From the NCBI GenBank assembly GCA_947177415.1, contig CAMWUK010000005.1, positions 1,290-65,289 on the forward strand: DNA of 64,000 nucleotides. Direction: 5' to 3'. The stretch comes from an uncultured Clostridiaceae bacterium (GTDB lineage: Bacteria > Bacillota > Clostridia > Lachnospirales > Lachnospiraceae). The position numbers and the translations under genes are program-made. This document shows, piece by piece, positions 44,459-54,047 of the stretch (its first letter is position 1; every line of letters starts with the position of its first letter). Under the pieces are notes generated by a model. It saw nothing but the letters and a program-made list of their open reading frames with translations, searched no databases and was not told the origin of the DNA.

Positions 44459-45088
44459 ATGAAATTAGCAGTAGTATGTGCAAATGGGAAAGCAGGAAAA
44501 CTTATAACAAAAGAGGCAGTTGAAAGAGGACTTGATGTTACAGCTATCATAAGAGGCGATAACCAGTCACCTGCTCCAAAGTCCATAAGCAAGGATATTC
44601 TTGATATTAAGGCAGAGGATCTGGCAGGTTTTGATGTTGTCGTTGATGCTTTTGGTGCATGGACAGAGGAGATGCTTCCACTTCACAGTACTTCTCTCAA
44701 AGTATTGTGTGATGCCCTATCTGGTACAGATACAAGATTGGTAGTAGTCGGGGGTGCCGGAAGCCTTTATGTAAATCCCGAACACACTGCATGTGTGGCT
44801 GATGGTTCTGATTTCCCTGATGTGTTTAAACCCCTTGCATCAGCAATGGCAAAAGCATTAGGAGAACTTCGTAAGAGAACAGATGTAAAATGGACCTACA
44901 TTAGTCCTGCTGCTGACTTTCAGGCAGAAGGCGGACGCACTGGCAAATATATTCTTGCAGGAGAAGAATTCACTTTAAATGATAAAGGCGAAAGCATTAT
45001 CAGTTATGCCGATTACGCAATTGCTTTAGTGGACGAAGTTACGAAGGGTAATCACATTCAGGAGAGAATTTCTGTAGTTAGAAAGTAA
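44459..45088 (+). CDS. NAD(P)-binding oxidoreductase (YwnB/NmrA-like)
   Basis: N-terminal Rossmann motif MKLAVVCANGKAGKLI. 209 aa. AGGAGG RBS. Confidence 0.8.
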   Translation: MKLAVVCANGKAGKLITKEAVERGLDVTAIIRGDNQSPAPKSISKDILDIKAEDLAGFDVVVDAFGAWTEEMLPLHSTSLKVLCDALSGTDTRLVVVGGAGSLYVNPEHTACVADGSDFPDVFKPLASAMAKALGELRKRTDVKWTYISPAADFQAEGGRTGKYILAGEEFTLNDKGESIISYADYAIALVDEVTKGNHIQERISVVRK

Positions 45089-45095
45089 ATAAAAC

Positions 45096-45240
45096 GTTAC
45101 TGTTCACTCACAAGCTTGACACTTACTGTCAAGCTATGTGCCAAGAACATAGAGCAGCCAAGAATCCAGCCTTTTGCCAAAGGCGAATTACAAATAGGCT
45201 GGATTCCGTTACAGTTTGCACCGTAGGTGTGAACTGTAAC
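45096..45240 (+). mobile_element. MITE-like element, family B, full length
   Basis: Ends GTTACTGTTCAC / GTGAACTGTAAC. Internal hairpins AGCTTGACA..TGTCAAGCT and GAATCCAGCC..GGCTGGATTC. Other copies at 54685, 25605 and 59304. No clear TSD. Confidence 0.7.
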
Positions 45241-45266
45241 GAGTAATTTTGAAAAGAGGTTGATGA

Positions 45267-46166
45267 ATGATGAAATGGATTCGCAAAGAAAAAACAGCTA
45301 ATATCTCTTATGAAGAACAGATTAAAAGTGCAGCGGAACTTATAGAAAAATCAGAAGTCCTGCTGATTGGAGCTGGTGCCGGAGTTTCAACAGCAGCCGG
45401 ACTTACTTACAGCGGTAAACGTTTTACAGATAACTTTAGTGAATTTATTGAGAAATATGGTGCTATGTCTATGACAGATATGTATACCGCAGGCTTTTAT
45501 CCTTTTCCTACACAAGAAGCCAAATGGGGATATTGGTCAAAACACAGCATAATAAACCAATTCTTACCACCTGCTATGCCTCTATACAAGCAACTCTACA
45601 ACTTGTTCAAAGAGAAGGATTATTTTGTTCTGACCACAAATGTTGATCACCAATTCCAAAAGGCCGGTTTTGACAACAATCGTATCTTTGCAACACAAGG
45701 TGATTATGGGCTAATACAATGTGAAAAGGGATGCCATCCAAAAACTTATGATGCCGAAAATTTATTTTATCAAATGAACCAGGCAAGAACAGACTGTCTG
45801 ATTCCCTCTTATATGGTTCCCAAATGCCCCGTTTGTGGTGGCAACATGACAATGCACCTACGCTGTGACCAGTATTTTGTAGAAGATGAAAATTGGCATA
45901 AAGCAGCAAAAAATTATGGAAATTTTCTAAATAATATGAGAGATAAAAAAGGAGTATTACTGGAATTAGGTGTGGGATTTAACACCCCTGCTATTATTCG
46001 TTTTCCTTTTGAAAATATGGTACATGAGAACAGCAATTTGTCACTTATCCGTTTGAACCTAAAAGAAGCTGTTGTTCCTGAAAGCCTTGGAAACAGGGCA
46101 ATCGGCATAGATGCAGATATAGCAAAAGCAGTATCTGATTTATGTGCAGAATTTCGCAACCATTGA
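45267..46166 (+). CDS. SirTM-like (class M) sirtuin, putative protein ADP-ribosyltransferase
   Basis: GAGAGVSTAAGL, TTNVDHQF, and a Zn-ribbon (QCEKGC...CPVCGG). Gln sits where canonical sirtuins have the catalytic His (FATQGDYG). Confidence 0.75.
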   Translation: MMKWIRKEKTANISYEEQIKSAAELIEKSEVLLIGAGAGVSTAAGLTYSGKRFTDNFSEFIEKYGAMSMTDMYTAGFYPFPTQEAKWGYWSKHSIINQFLPPAMPLYKQLYNLFKEKDYFVLTTNVDHQFQKAGFDNNRIFATQGDYGLIQCEKGCHPKTYDAENLFYQMNQARTDCLIPSYMVPKCPVCGGNMTMHLRCDQYFVEDENWHKAAKNYGNFLNNMRDKKGVLLELGVGFNTPAIIRFPFENMVHENSNLSLIRLNLKEAVVPESLGNRAIGIDADIAKAVSDLCAEFRNH

Positions 46167-46198
46167 GAGAAGTTTTCATAAAAAAGGAGGATTGTGCT

Positions 46199-46987
46199 AT
46201 GACACATAGTGAGAAAAGACTATATCTGATTAAAGAATTATTATCCGAACTGCCCCAATATAGAAATATGAAAATCCCAGATAATATTGATGAACAGAAA
46301 AGACTTTTTAGAAGCCTTATGAACATTCGCCCTCCTCACCCAATAGAAACAGAATTTCTCAAAATACAGGACGAATATCTGGGTGAGGAAGTCTTAGAAA
46401 AAGGAATTACCGACAGTGCTGCTTTACCTGTATCCCCTGTTAATAACCGTCTTATTCTCTGGCGTGGTGACATTACCACATTAAAAGTTGATGCAATTGT
46501 AAATGCGGCGAATAGTGCTTTAAGGGGCTGTTTCGTGCCATGTCATTCCTGTGTGGATAACATTATTCACAGTGTTAGTGGTATACAACTTCGTTTGGCT
46601 TGTGATGAGATTATGACAAAGCAGGGACATGATGAACCGACAGGCAAAGCCAAAATTACACCTGCATTTAATCTGCCATGTAATTATGTGCTTCATACTG
46701 TTGGACCAATCGTATTAGGGCAGCTTACCAAAAATCATTGCAGGCAGTTGGCTGATTGCTACCTATCCTGTCTGAAGCTTGCTTCGAAAAGTAAATTAAA
46801 AAGTGTTGCCTTCTGCTGTATTTCCACAGGGGAATTTCACTTTCCGCAGGAAAAAGCTGCTGAAATCGCAATAAAAACAGTATCAGATTATTTACAGACA
46901 GATACGCAGATTGAAAAGGTGGTATTTAATGTTTTCAAGCAGGAAGATTATGACATTTACAAAAGGTTACTCACATATAGACATTAA
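46199..46987 (+). CDS. Macrodomain protein (protein-ADP-ribose hydrolase type)
   Basis: LWRGDITTLKVDAIVNAANSAL, VDNIIHSVSG, HTVGP, CCISTGEFHFP. ATG 46199 after an AAGGAGG RBS. Confidence 0.85.
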   Translation: MTHSEKRLYLIKELLSELPQYRNMKIPDNIDEQKRLFRSLMNIRPPHPIETEFLKIQDEYLGEEVLEKGITDSAALPVSPVNNRLILWRGDITTLKVDAIVNAANSALRGCFVPCHSCVDNIIHSVSGIQLRLACDEIMTKQGHDEPTGKAKITPAFNLPCNYVLHTVGPIVLGQLTKNHCRQLADCYLSCLKLASKSKLKSVAFCCISTGEFHFPQEKAAEIAIKTVSDYLQTDTQIEKVVFNVFKQEDYDIYKRLLTYRH

Positions 46988-47005
46988 TACCTGTCGAGTA
47001 ATGAT

Positions 47006-47677
47006 TTATATATGATGTTTTAATCTTTTATCTTCTATATAATATATTTTCTCACACTGTTCTGCAATTTTCTTATCATGGGTTACAATAATAATGCTTT
47101 TCCTTTGCTGATGGAGCTGATGCAAGTTTTTCATAACCTGCCTTGCATTCTCCTCATCTAAGGAGCCTGTGGGTTCATCTGCCAGCAATAATTGAGGATT
47201 TTGTATCATTGCTCTAGCAATTGCTACACGTTGCTGTTCCCCACCAGAAAGCTGGTTCACTTTTTTCTTCAACAAATCATAAATTTGAAATTTTTCAACC
47301 ATAGAAAGAACACTATCCCTAATTTTCGTTTTGGACTTGTGTGCTATGTACATAGGTGCTGCAATATTGTCAAAAACAGATAATCTCTGCAATAATCCAT
47401 AATCCTGCATGATAAATCCGATTTCCTGATTGCGTAACTTATTCCATTTGTTTTTCATTTTTATAATATCCTTATTCTTCCACAAATAATCTCCTTTATT
47501 AGGTGATTCTAACAATCCGATTATACGAAGCAGTGTAGATTTTCCAGAACCTGATTTTCCAAGAATAGCAACCATTTCTCCCTCTTCTAACGAAAAATCC
47601 AAATTTTCCAATACACTATCCCTCTGGCCTCCTCCACTATCATAAGTCTTTTCTATATTTTTAAGCCTAATTAACAT
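47006..47677 (-). CDS. ABC transporter ATP-binding protein (MacB/FtsE-like)
   Basis: Walker A GKSGSGKST, signature LSGGEQQR, Walker B LLLADEPTGSLD. Confidence 0.9.
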   Translation of the reverse strand: MLIRLKNIEKTYDSGGGQRDSVLENLDFSLEEGEMVAILGKSGSGKSTLLRIIGLLESPNKGDYLWKNKDIIKMKNKWNKLRNQEIGFIMQDYGLLQRLSVFDNIAAPMYIAHKSKTKIRDSVLSMVEKFQIYDLLKKKVNQLSGGEQQRVAIARAMIQNPQLLLADEPTGSLDEENARQVMKNLHQLHQQRKSIIIVTHDKKIAEQCEKIYYIEDKRLKHHI

Positions 47678-47699
47678 TTTATAAACCTCTTTTTTCCAT

Positions 47700-48797
47700 T
47701 CATGATTTATTTTTTTCTTCTAATTCTTTTAATGCAACTTCACATACAAATATCGTTACGACAAAATAAAGTAAACAGTATATTATATGAAAGATCATAA
47801 AAGCAGTTAAAATACTATTACTTTCTCCCATTGTCCCTGTTAAATGTAACAATATATAAAGTATAATCATAACAATTCCTAAATTAATTATATGTTGCAT
47901 ACACCAGATTTGTAATATACCTATTCTTCCTAATCCCAGCATCCGGTAAATCTGATATTCTTCTTTATTTCTTCTCAAATATATGTAAATTTGAATGCAT
48001 ACGCTAAACAGTGCGATTCCTACCAATATACTCATGTATAATATATTTCCAACTGTATTTTTTATTATTTCTTTTTTTCCATTACTTTTTGCTTTTTCTA
48101 ATGATGTTACTCTATATTTCTTCTTCAATATTTGCAAACAGTCCTGATTCTCCACATCAACAACCAGTTTATCTGCTTCTACACTACTTTCTTTCCCTGT
48201 CCAAGCAAGCAACTGCTTACTATTTGTCAACATAACACTTTTTCCTTTATTCATACTGGAAAATAAATTCTCTCCATCAGAACCAGTTAAATGGACAACT
48301 TTTCCTGGTTCACGTAAAATTCCTACAACGATTACTTTCTTTTCCTTTTTATCTTTCTTAAGTGTAATTTCATCTCCTGAATGGTATTCTTGTGCTATTT
48401 CTCCTCCTATAATCACTTCATTTTCTTTATCAGAAAACCATTGTCCTTCCTTTAATACATAATGTATTTTTTCCATTGTGGTATTTAAATATTCTAATGG
48501 TGGTGTACATATTACATCCTTTTCATCAACTGTTACCACACCATTCTTATACATATATCCAACACAATTCTCACCTACAATTTTCGTCACATCTTCTATA
48601 AACCGTTTTCCAGTCTGTCCATTTCCATCAATAAAAAATAAATTTTCCTCAAATGTAATATTTCCAAGCACTTTATTCTCATATATCATTTCTATCAAAA
48701 TATTATTTACAACACAAAGTACTATAATCATCTGCAAAACTAATAATATAGTATATGGTATATTAATAATATAGTTTTTTATGGCTAATCGTAGCAT
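47700..48797 (-). CDS. FtsX-like ABC transporter permease
   Basis: 365 aa: TM1, large extracytoplasmic domain, then 3 C-terminal TM segments. Confidence 0.75.
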   Translation of the reverse strand: MLRLAIKNYIINIPYTILLVLQMIIVLCVVNNILIEMIYENKVLGNITFEENLFFIDGNGQTGKRFIEDVTKIVGENCVGYMYKNGVVTVDEKDVICTPPLEYLNTTMEKIHYVLKEGQWFSDKENEVIIGGEIAQEYHSGDEITLKKDKKEKKVIVVGILREPGKVVHLTGSDGENLFSSMNKGKSVMLTNSKQLLAWTGKESSVEADKLVVDVENQDCLQILKKKYRVTSLEKAKSNGKKEIIKNTVGNILYMSILVGIALFSVCIQIYIYLRRNKEEYQIYRMLGLGRIGILQIWCMQHIINLGIVMIILYILLHLTGTMGESNSILTAFMIFHIIYCLLYFVVTIFVCEVALKELEEKNKS

Positions 48798-48818
48798 TTC
48801 TTTGTCCTCTTTATTGCT

Positions 48819-48954
48819 GTAACAGTTCAGCTGAGGGCTGTCCTGTTACGGCTCACAGCAAGCTAACACATGCAAATTGCTGTGAGCCACACTTAATTTA
48901 CACTTTCATACGTCCCTGCACAGCAAGGTGTGCAGGGACTACCTGAACTGTTAC
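48819..48954 (+). mobile_element. MITE-like element, family D (same TIR class, different interior)
   Basis: GTAACAGTTCAG ... CTGAACTGTTAC. Perfect 8-bp direct repeat TTATTGCT at 48811-48818 and 48955-48962. Internal hairpins GGCTCACAGCAA..TTGCTGTGAGCC and TCCCTGCACA..TGTGCAGGGA. Confidence 0.85.
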
Positions 48955-49452
48955 TTATTGCTTTCTTATATATATGCAAGTTATTGCTGTTAAAATAATT
49001 TGTAACTCTAATTGTATCAACATAGCTCCAACTATTAAATTTAATATCTCATATCCCCCAATAAGAAATATAAAAATCACTAATAAAAAAATCGCACACA
49101 TAGTAGATATTATCTGAAACAAAAAAACTTCTAACTGTAATGTCAATACAAGTATACTTTTTTTCACTCCAAGTCTGTATAGAATAGCCAAGTCTTCTTT
49201 CCGTTCTTCCAAACACTGCAACCATACAATGAAAAAACCTATTAAAATAGATAAAACTAACATCCCATACATACCACTCTTAACCCAATAAGTAAAGCTG
49301 CATTTTTTTATACTGTCCCCATAAAACAATAGAATAACTCCTGTTACTAATGTCAAACTCAATACATAGAAAAATCTTAATATTTTTTCCTTTTGCCAAA
49401 ATATTCTGTATGTATATAAACAAAAACTAATTGTGTTCCATTTTCTCTTCAT
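48955..49452 (-). CDS. Small FtsX-like four-TM membrane protein
   Basis: 165 aa, 4 TM segments. Its stop codon lies within the duplicated octamer. Confidence 0.5.
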   Translation of the reverse strand: MKRKWNTISFCLYTYRIFWQKEKILRFFYVLSLTLVTGVILLFYGDSIKKCSFTYWVKSGMYGMLVLSILIGFFIVWLQCLEERKEDLAILYRLGVKKSILVLTLQLEVFLFQIISTMCAIFLLVIFIFLIGGYEILNLIVGAMLIQLELQIILTAITCIYIRKQ

Positions 49453-49554
49453 TTTTTTACTTTACACTCCCAATAACAAACTAAATCCTTATTTACTTGC
49501 AGTATAAACCTTTATTTTTATGGCAATGAGGAATTAGTGTTTACCATGCCAGGC

Positions 49555-49597
49555 AAACAAAAAGTAGACAACTAACCTTTTCAAAATTAGTTGTCTA
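49555..49597 (-). terminator. Rho-independent terminator
   Basis: TAGACAACTAA (49565-49575) pairs with TTAGTTGTCTA (49587-49597). Followed on the minus strand by CTTTTTG. Confidence 0.7.
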
Positions 49598-49633
49598 TAA
49601 TCTGTTACCTACTGACAACAATAGGCGTTATCT

Positions 49634-50265
49634 CTAATTCCATATATTGTTTTCCTGTTTCTTTAGCCATGCCTGATGCATCTGCTCCATAGCACTTACA
49701 TATTTTTCACTGAGATTTGCCGATTCTAATGCATCTTTGATAATTTTGGCATATCCCCATTTTCTACCTACATCAATACGGTATTCTTCCCCATCTACAA
49801 AATATTCCACAGAATATACATCTATATATATAATAAACGGTTTTATCATAACTCTCTTTTTTCTTTCAACAATTTCTATACTACTGGCTTCTTTCATTGG
49901 AAAATGTATGGCCATGACCCGTATGTGCTCAAACCAAAAATATAATTTTCTCCAATCCATATTTTCTTTCCACATTGTTCCGCCTCATGAAATTCTTCCT
50001 CTAAATCTTCCATTGTCACTTCTGGGTGCTTTTGTAAATACTGGTTTATCCCTTTCATGAAACCTTTCCCCATTTTTTTTACAACAGTCCAAATACTACC
50101 ATAGATTATAACAATAAAACCTACACACATTCCTATAAAAAAAACAGTAACTTCCTGCTCCTCTGTATAAATTTCATAAATAACCCAAATCAATAAGGGT
50201 ATACCGATTACCATTAACGTAATAAAGCCTATTAATCCGCTGTTTTTTCTTAATTCTTTTTCCAT
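49634..50265 (-). pseudogene. Membrane protein gene split by a frameshift at an A5/T5 run
   Basis: Two same-strand ORFs (49894-50265 and 49634-49975) overlap by 82 nt. Adding one T at the run 49936-49940 fuses them (..IGENYIFWFEHIRVMAIHF..). Confidence 0.45.
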
Positions 50266-50566
50266 ACTTTTATCTATTCCCTTTCTCTTCTGTTGCTCTT
50301 CGTGAACAAGTCATAAATTTATAATTTACAAACCTATTGTATAAACTTTCTCTAACAATATGTTACTTTTTAATCTTACTACATTTTACTATTTCTGTCA
50401 ATTATATTATTATTGTTTTAATATTATATTCTAATCTCCAATTATTAACGTACTATATTACAAACCGCTGCTATCGCAGCTAGGAGCTGATTAACAACAT
50501 CACCTGTCTGCAATCATCGTCAAATGACCTATTAGGCATGACTAAGTCATTATTTGCAAGCCTTCG

Positions 50567-50612
50567 GTTTACATAAGACTTAGTTTATGCTTAAGACCGT
50601 GAATAATCCCGA
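50567..50612 (-). repeat. Short repeat (family E), inverted copy
   Basis: Its reverse complement matches 43357-43402. Confidence 0.55.
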
Positions 50613-50685
50613 CTAATTAATGTTATTTATAATAGTAAAAAGGCATTGCATTATACACACAACACCTTTTTATGAATCTGTATTC

Positions 50686-52020
50686 TTAATAATGATACTT
50701 TCTCCTCATAGCCAATAAGAAAAAAACTGTTACGACCGCAGCCATCAATTCAGCAGCAACAATAGAAAACCATATTCCATTGATTCCCCAAACCAGCGGA
50801 AAAATCAATACTGCTGCAACTTGAAACACCAAAGTCCGCAAAAATGAAATTAATGCTGACACAAAACCATTGTTAAGGGCAGTGAAGAAAGATGAGCCAT
50901 AAATTGCAATTCCTGCAAAAAGAAAAGAAAAAGAAAAAATAACAAAACTGTGTAAAGTTAAGTTCAAAAGTTTTGAATCATATCCAACAAAGATTATAGC
51001 AAGAGGTTTTGCCAGACTTTCAGCAGCAACCAGCATTACCACAGAAAATATACCAATAATAATAAGGCTCTTTTTTAGCAGGCTTTTCAATTCATTATGG
51101 TTTTCTGCACCATAGTGATATCCAATAATAGGTGCAGTGCCTACAGAATAACCAATAAAAGCAGCCAGAAATACCAAATTGACATACATCAATACACCGT
51201 ATGCTGCAACACCATCCTGCCCTGCATATCTCATTAGCTGACCATTGTATAGCATACTTACAATGGACATGGAAATATTCGACATCAGTTCTGAAGATCC
51301 ATTGGTACAGGCTTTTAATAAAGCCTTGCCTTCAAATTTTGTTTTTGTCAACCGCAAGAGACTGGAATTGGTGCGAAAAAAATAAACCAACGGAATAATT
51401 CCACCTACACATTGACTGATAGCGGTGGCTGCAGCCGCACCTGGAAGTCCAAGAGAAAATATTGCTACCAAGAGAGCATCCATTAACATATTGGTGATAC
51501 CTGCTGCAATCGTAACAATAAGACCAATGTGTGGTTTCCCTGCTGTTACAAAAAAACTCTGAAATTCATATTGTAATATAAATGCTGGAAGTGCAAGAAG
51601 AATAATCCTTCCATAAGTAACACAATCCTCTAGCATTGTACCTTCTGCTCCCAGAAAAGCAGCAACAGGACGAAGAAAGAAAATACCTAACACAGCAATA
51701 ATAATTCCCAAAACCGCTGACACATACACAAACAAAGAAAATAATCTCTTTGCCTTATCATCATTCCCTTCGCCCATTGTTTTAGCAATTAATGCACTAC
51801 CTCCTGTACCAAACATAAAACCCACAGCACCAAGAATCATCAAAAAGGGCATAATAAAATTGACAGCAGCAAAAGATGTCTTACCCACATAGTTTGAAAC
51901 AAAATATCCATCCACTACACCATAAATAGACGTAAATATCATCATGATAATAGATGGTAATGTAAAATGAAGCAGCATTTTATATGTGAACCGATCGGAT
52001 AACCGAATACTCATTGTCAT
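50686..52020 (-). CDS. MATE family efflux transporter
   Basis: 444 aa, 12 TM segments, typical MATE N-terminus (FTLPSIIMMIFTSIYGVVDGYFVSNYVG). Confidence 0.9.
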   Translation of the reverse strand: MTMSIRLSDRFTYKMLLHFTLPSIIMMIFTSIYGVVDGYFVSNYVGKTSFAAVNFIMPFLMILGAVGFMFGTGGSALIAKTMGEGNDDKAKRLFSLFVYVSAVLGIIIAVLGIFFLRPVAAFLGAEGTMLEDCVTYGRIILLALPAFILQYEFQSFFVTAGKPHIGLIVTIAAGITNMLMDALLVAIFSLGLPGAAAATAISQCVGGIIPLVYFFRTNSSLLRLTKTKFEGKALLKACTNGSSELMSNISMSIVSMLYNGQLMRYAGQDGVAAYGVLMYVNLVFLAAFIGYSVGTAPIIGYHYGAENHNELKSLLKKSLIIIGIFSVVMLVAAESLAKPLAIIFVGYDSKLLNLTLHSFVIFSFSFLFAGIAIYGSSFFTALNNGFVSALISFLRTLVFQVAAVLIFPLVWGINGIWFSIVAAELMAAVVTVFFLLAMRRKYHY

Positions 52021-52454
52021 ATCTCCTTTATCTTATTTTTGAAGGAAGAAAGATATCTTTCTGTGAGTGCAAAGTAACTTCTTCGCTCCTCTTCTGTCCA
52101 AGAGGCAAAAATATCATTTTCAATTTTTATTACTTTAAAAACAGTATCTTTCACTAATAGTTTGCCTTTTTCTGTAAGATATATCCTTTTCTTCCTGCCA
52201 GAAAATGTCTCCAAATACACAACTTCTTCACTTTCCAGCTTGCGGAGTGCAGAGTTGATGGTCTGTTTACTGATACCTGACAATTTGGTAATATCACTTA
52301 AGAGACATTCCTCTCCATTATTACATACCGTATATAGAATCAACATTGCACTATCCGATAAACCAAGTTTCAGTGCCACTTCATGATAAGCAGCATCAAT
52401 TTCATTGGTTAAATAATTAAATCGCTTCAACTCGTCTTCTAAATAGTTTGTCAT
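52017..52454 (-). CDS. MarR family transcriptional regulator
   Basis: LSDITKLSGISKQTINSALRKLESEEVVYLE. 4-nt overlap with the MATE gene. Confidence 0.85.
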   Translation of the reverse strand: MTNYLEDELKRFNYLTNEIDAAYHEVALKLGLSDSAMLILYTVCNNGEECLLSDITKLSGISKQTINSALRKLESEEVVYLETFSGRKKRIYLTEKGKLLVKDTVFKVIKIENDIFASWTEEERRSYFALTERYLSSFKNKIKEI

Positions 52455-52580
52455 AAATCACCTCTATAAGTACGAAATCATACCAGAGATTATAGTACGA
52501 TTTCGTACTTATGTCAAGATACAGTTGAATAAAACAAAATAAAATGATACAATACATATATGTAACTTTTATACTATACA

Positions 52581-52788
52581 TAGGCATTTGCGAAACTCAA
52601 TTTACTCATAGAGTTTTTGTGCAATGTTCACATATCAACGCAAGGCACGTTTCCACTGCTCTCAACCGTAACGGTACATAAAGTGCTAAAAAACAGCACC
52701 TAAGTACCGACGGTCTCGAAAGCACCCAGCTTTGATATGTAAATCTGCACAAAATAGTTTAAGTTAATGAGAGTTTCGCAATTATCTA
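52581..52788 (-). mobile_element. MITE-like element, family C, second copy
   Basis: Reverse complement of 20897-21105. 12-bp direct repeat TTATACTATACA at 52569-52580 and 52789-52800. Confidence 0.85.
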
Positions 52789-52821
52789 TTATACTATACA
52801 CAAAATGAGGAGGAAATCTGA

Positions 52822-53259
52822 GTGGAAAAATCACAAGAAATTTTAGAATTTGATAACTTTAATTTTAAACTGGCAATTATCCAAGTGCTAATGTATGACT
52901 TAGAAGTTTTGTCTCCATCCTTTGATATCTTTAATTTCGCGGAAGAATATGAAGGTGAGGAAATAGATACAGAAAGTTTTGATCCCATTGAACCAGCATT
53001 AGATTATTTCAAAGAACTGCCAATACCAAAAAGCTTAGCTGAAAAAGTGGAAGAAATCAGCATGGATGGTGGAAATGAAATTTTTTTGAATATCATTCCT
53101 CAATGGGATGGAGAAGATGAGTTTTTTGATTTATCCGATGTATCAGAAAGGGAACTGGCTCAGTTTCCTAACCTAAAGAAAGCAGTTATTATGAGTAACG
53201 AGTATGATAAAGTTTCTGAAATATTTATTCGTGCAGGCATAGAAGTGGAGGAATTATAG
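52822..53259 (+). CDS. Hypothetical acidic protein
   Basis: 145 aa. GTG start 8 nt after an AGGAGG RBS. Followed by a terminator. Confidence 0.6.
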   Translation: MEKSQEILEFDNFNFKLAIIQVLMYDLEVLSPSFDIFNFAEEYEGEEIDTESFDPIEPALDYFKELPIPKSLAEKVEEISMDGGNEIFLNIIPQWDGEDEFFDLSDVSERELAQFPNLKKAVIMSNEYDKVSEIFIRAGIEVEEL

Positions 53260-53274
53260 TATACTAAAGAAGAA

Positions 53275-53313
53275 AGACAACTAATCCATATTGGCTTAGT
53301 TGTCTCTCTTTTT
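53275..53313 (+). terminator. Rho-independent terminator
   Basis: AGACAACTAA (53275-53284) pairs with TTAGTTGTCT (53296-53305), then CTCTTTTTC. Confidence 0.75.
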
Positions 53314-53336
53314 CTGTATAAACACATTGTAACTGT

Positions 53337-53996
53337 TCAATCTAAAAATCTATAAATCTCTATTGGCGATGCTGCAAAATTTTCTGCCCCTTGTTTCATT
53401 AAATATGCCCTGTCACGGAATCCCCATTCCACACATATCATCTTTATTCCAGCATTTTTTGCAGTCTCAATATCCACTTCAGAATCTCCCACATACACCG
53501 CATTTTCCTTGTTTATTTGCAGCTTATCAAGGACTTCCAGAACACTATCGGGATATGGCTTTCTCCGAATTCCTTTCCGTTCTCCCACTACATATTCAAA
53601 CTTTCCTGAAAAATATGTTTCACATAACTCTTGCACTGCAAAGTCTGCCTTATTGGATACCACTGCCAAATGGTATTTTTTATTTTGAAGCTCACCAAGC
53701 AGCTCTAAAATTCCATCATAAGGTCTTGTTTTATCTGCACAATGTTTTTCATAATGTTCTTTAAAATCCGCAAATACCTTATCTACTATAGTATCTTTAC
53801 ATCCTTCTGGTACTGCACGATCTATTAGTTTTTTAATGCCATTGCCCACAAAACTTCTGACCTCCTCCATTGTCCTTTGGGGAAGCTGATTGGCAACAAG
53901 AGCATAATTTGTGCTGTCTGCAAGATCTTCTAAAGTATTTAATATTGTTCCGTCCAAATCAAATATAATTAGTTCTGTTTTCATTTTAGTCTCCAT
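53337..53996 (-). CDS. HAD family hydrolase (phosphoglycolate phosphatase-like)
   Basis: Motif I FDLDGTILNT, motif II VVSNK, motif III/IV K...GDSEVD. An alternative start at ATG 53984 has a GGAGA RBS. Confidence 0.85.
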   Translation of the reverse strand: METKMKTELIIFDLDGTILNTLEDLADSTNYALVANQLPQRTMEEVRSFVGNGIKKLIDRAVPEGCKDTIVDKVFADFKEHYEKHCADKTRPYDGILELLGELQNKKYHLAVVSNKADFAVQELCETYFSGKFEYVVGERKGIRRKPYPDSVLEVLDKLQINKENAVYVGDSEVDIETAKNAGIKMICVEWGFRDRAYLMKQGAENFAASPIEIYRFLD

Positions 53997-54008
53997 ATAT
54001 ATTTAATC

Positions 54009-54036
54009 GTAACTGTTCAGAACCATGAACAGTTAC
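54009..54036. repeat. Bare TIR-TIR hairpin of the GTAAC family
   Basis: GTAACTGTTCAGAACCATGAACAGTTAC, identical to module A of family A. Confidence 0.75.
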
Positions 54037-54047
54037 ATCCCAGTTAC

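Noticed and set aside
20897-52788. The two inverted family-C copies as the ends of a 32-kb composite transposon or invertible segment.
   Set aside because: Each copy has its own, different target duplication (TTATCATCAA versus TTATACTATACA). That indicates independent insertions rather than a single composite element. Homologous inversion between them remains possible but is not evidenced.
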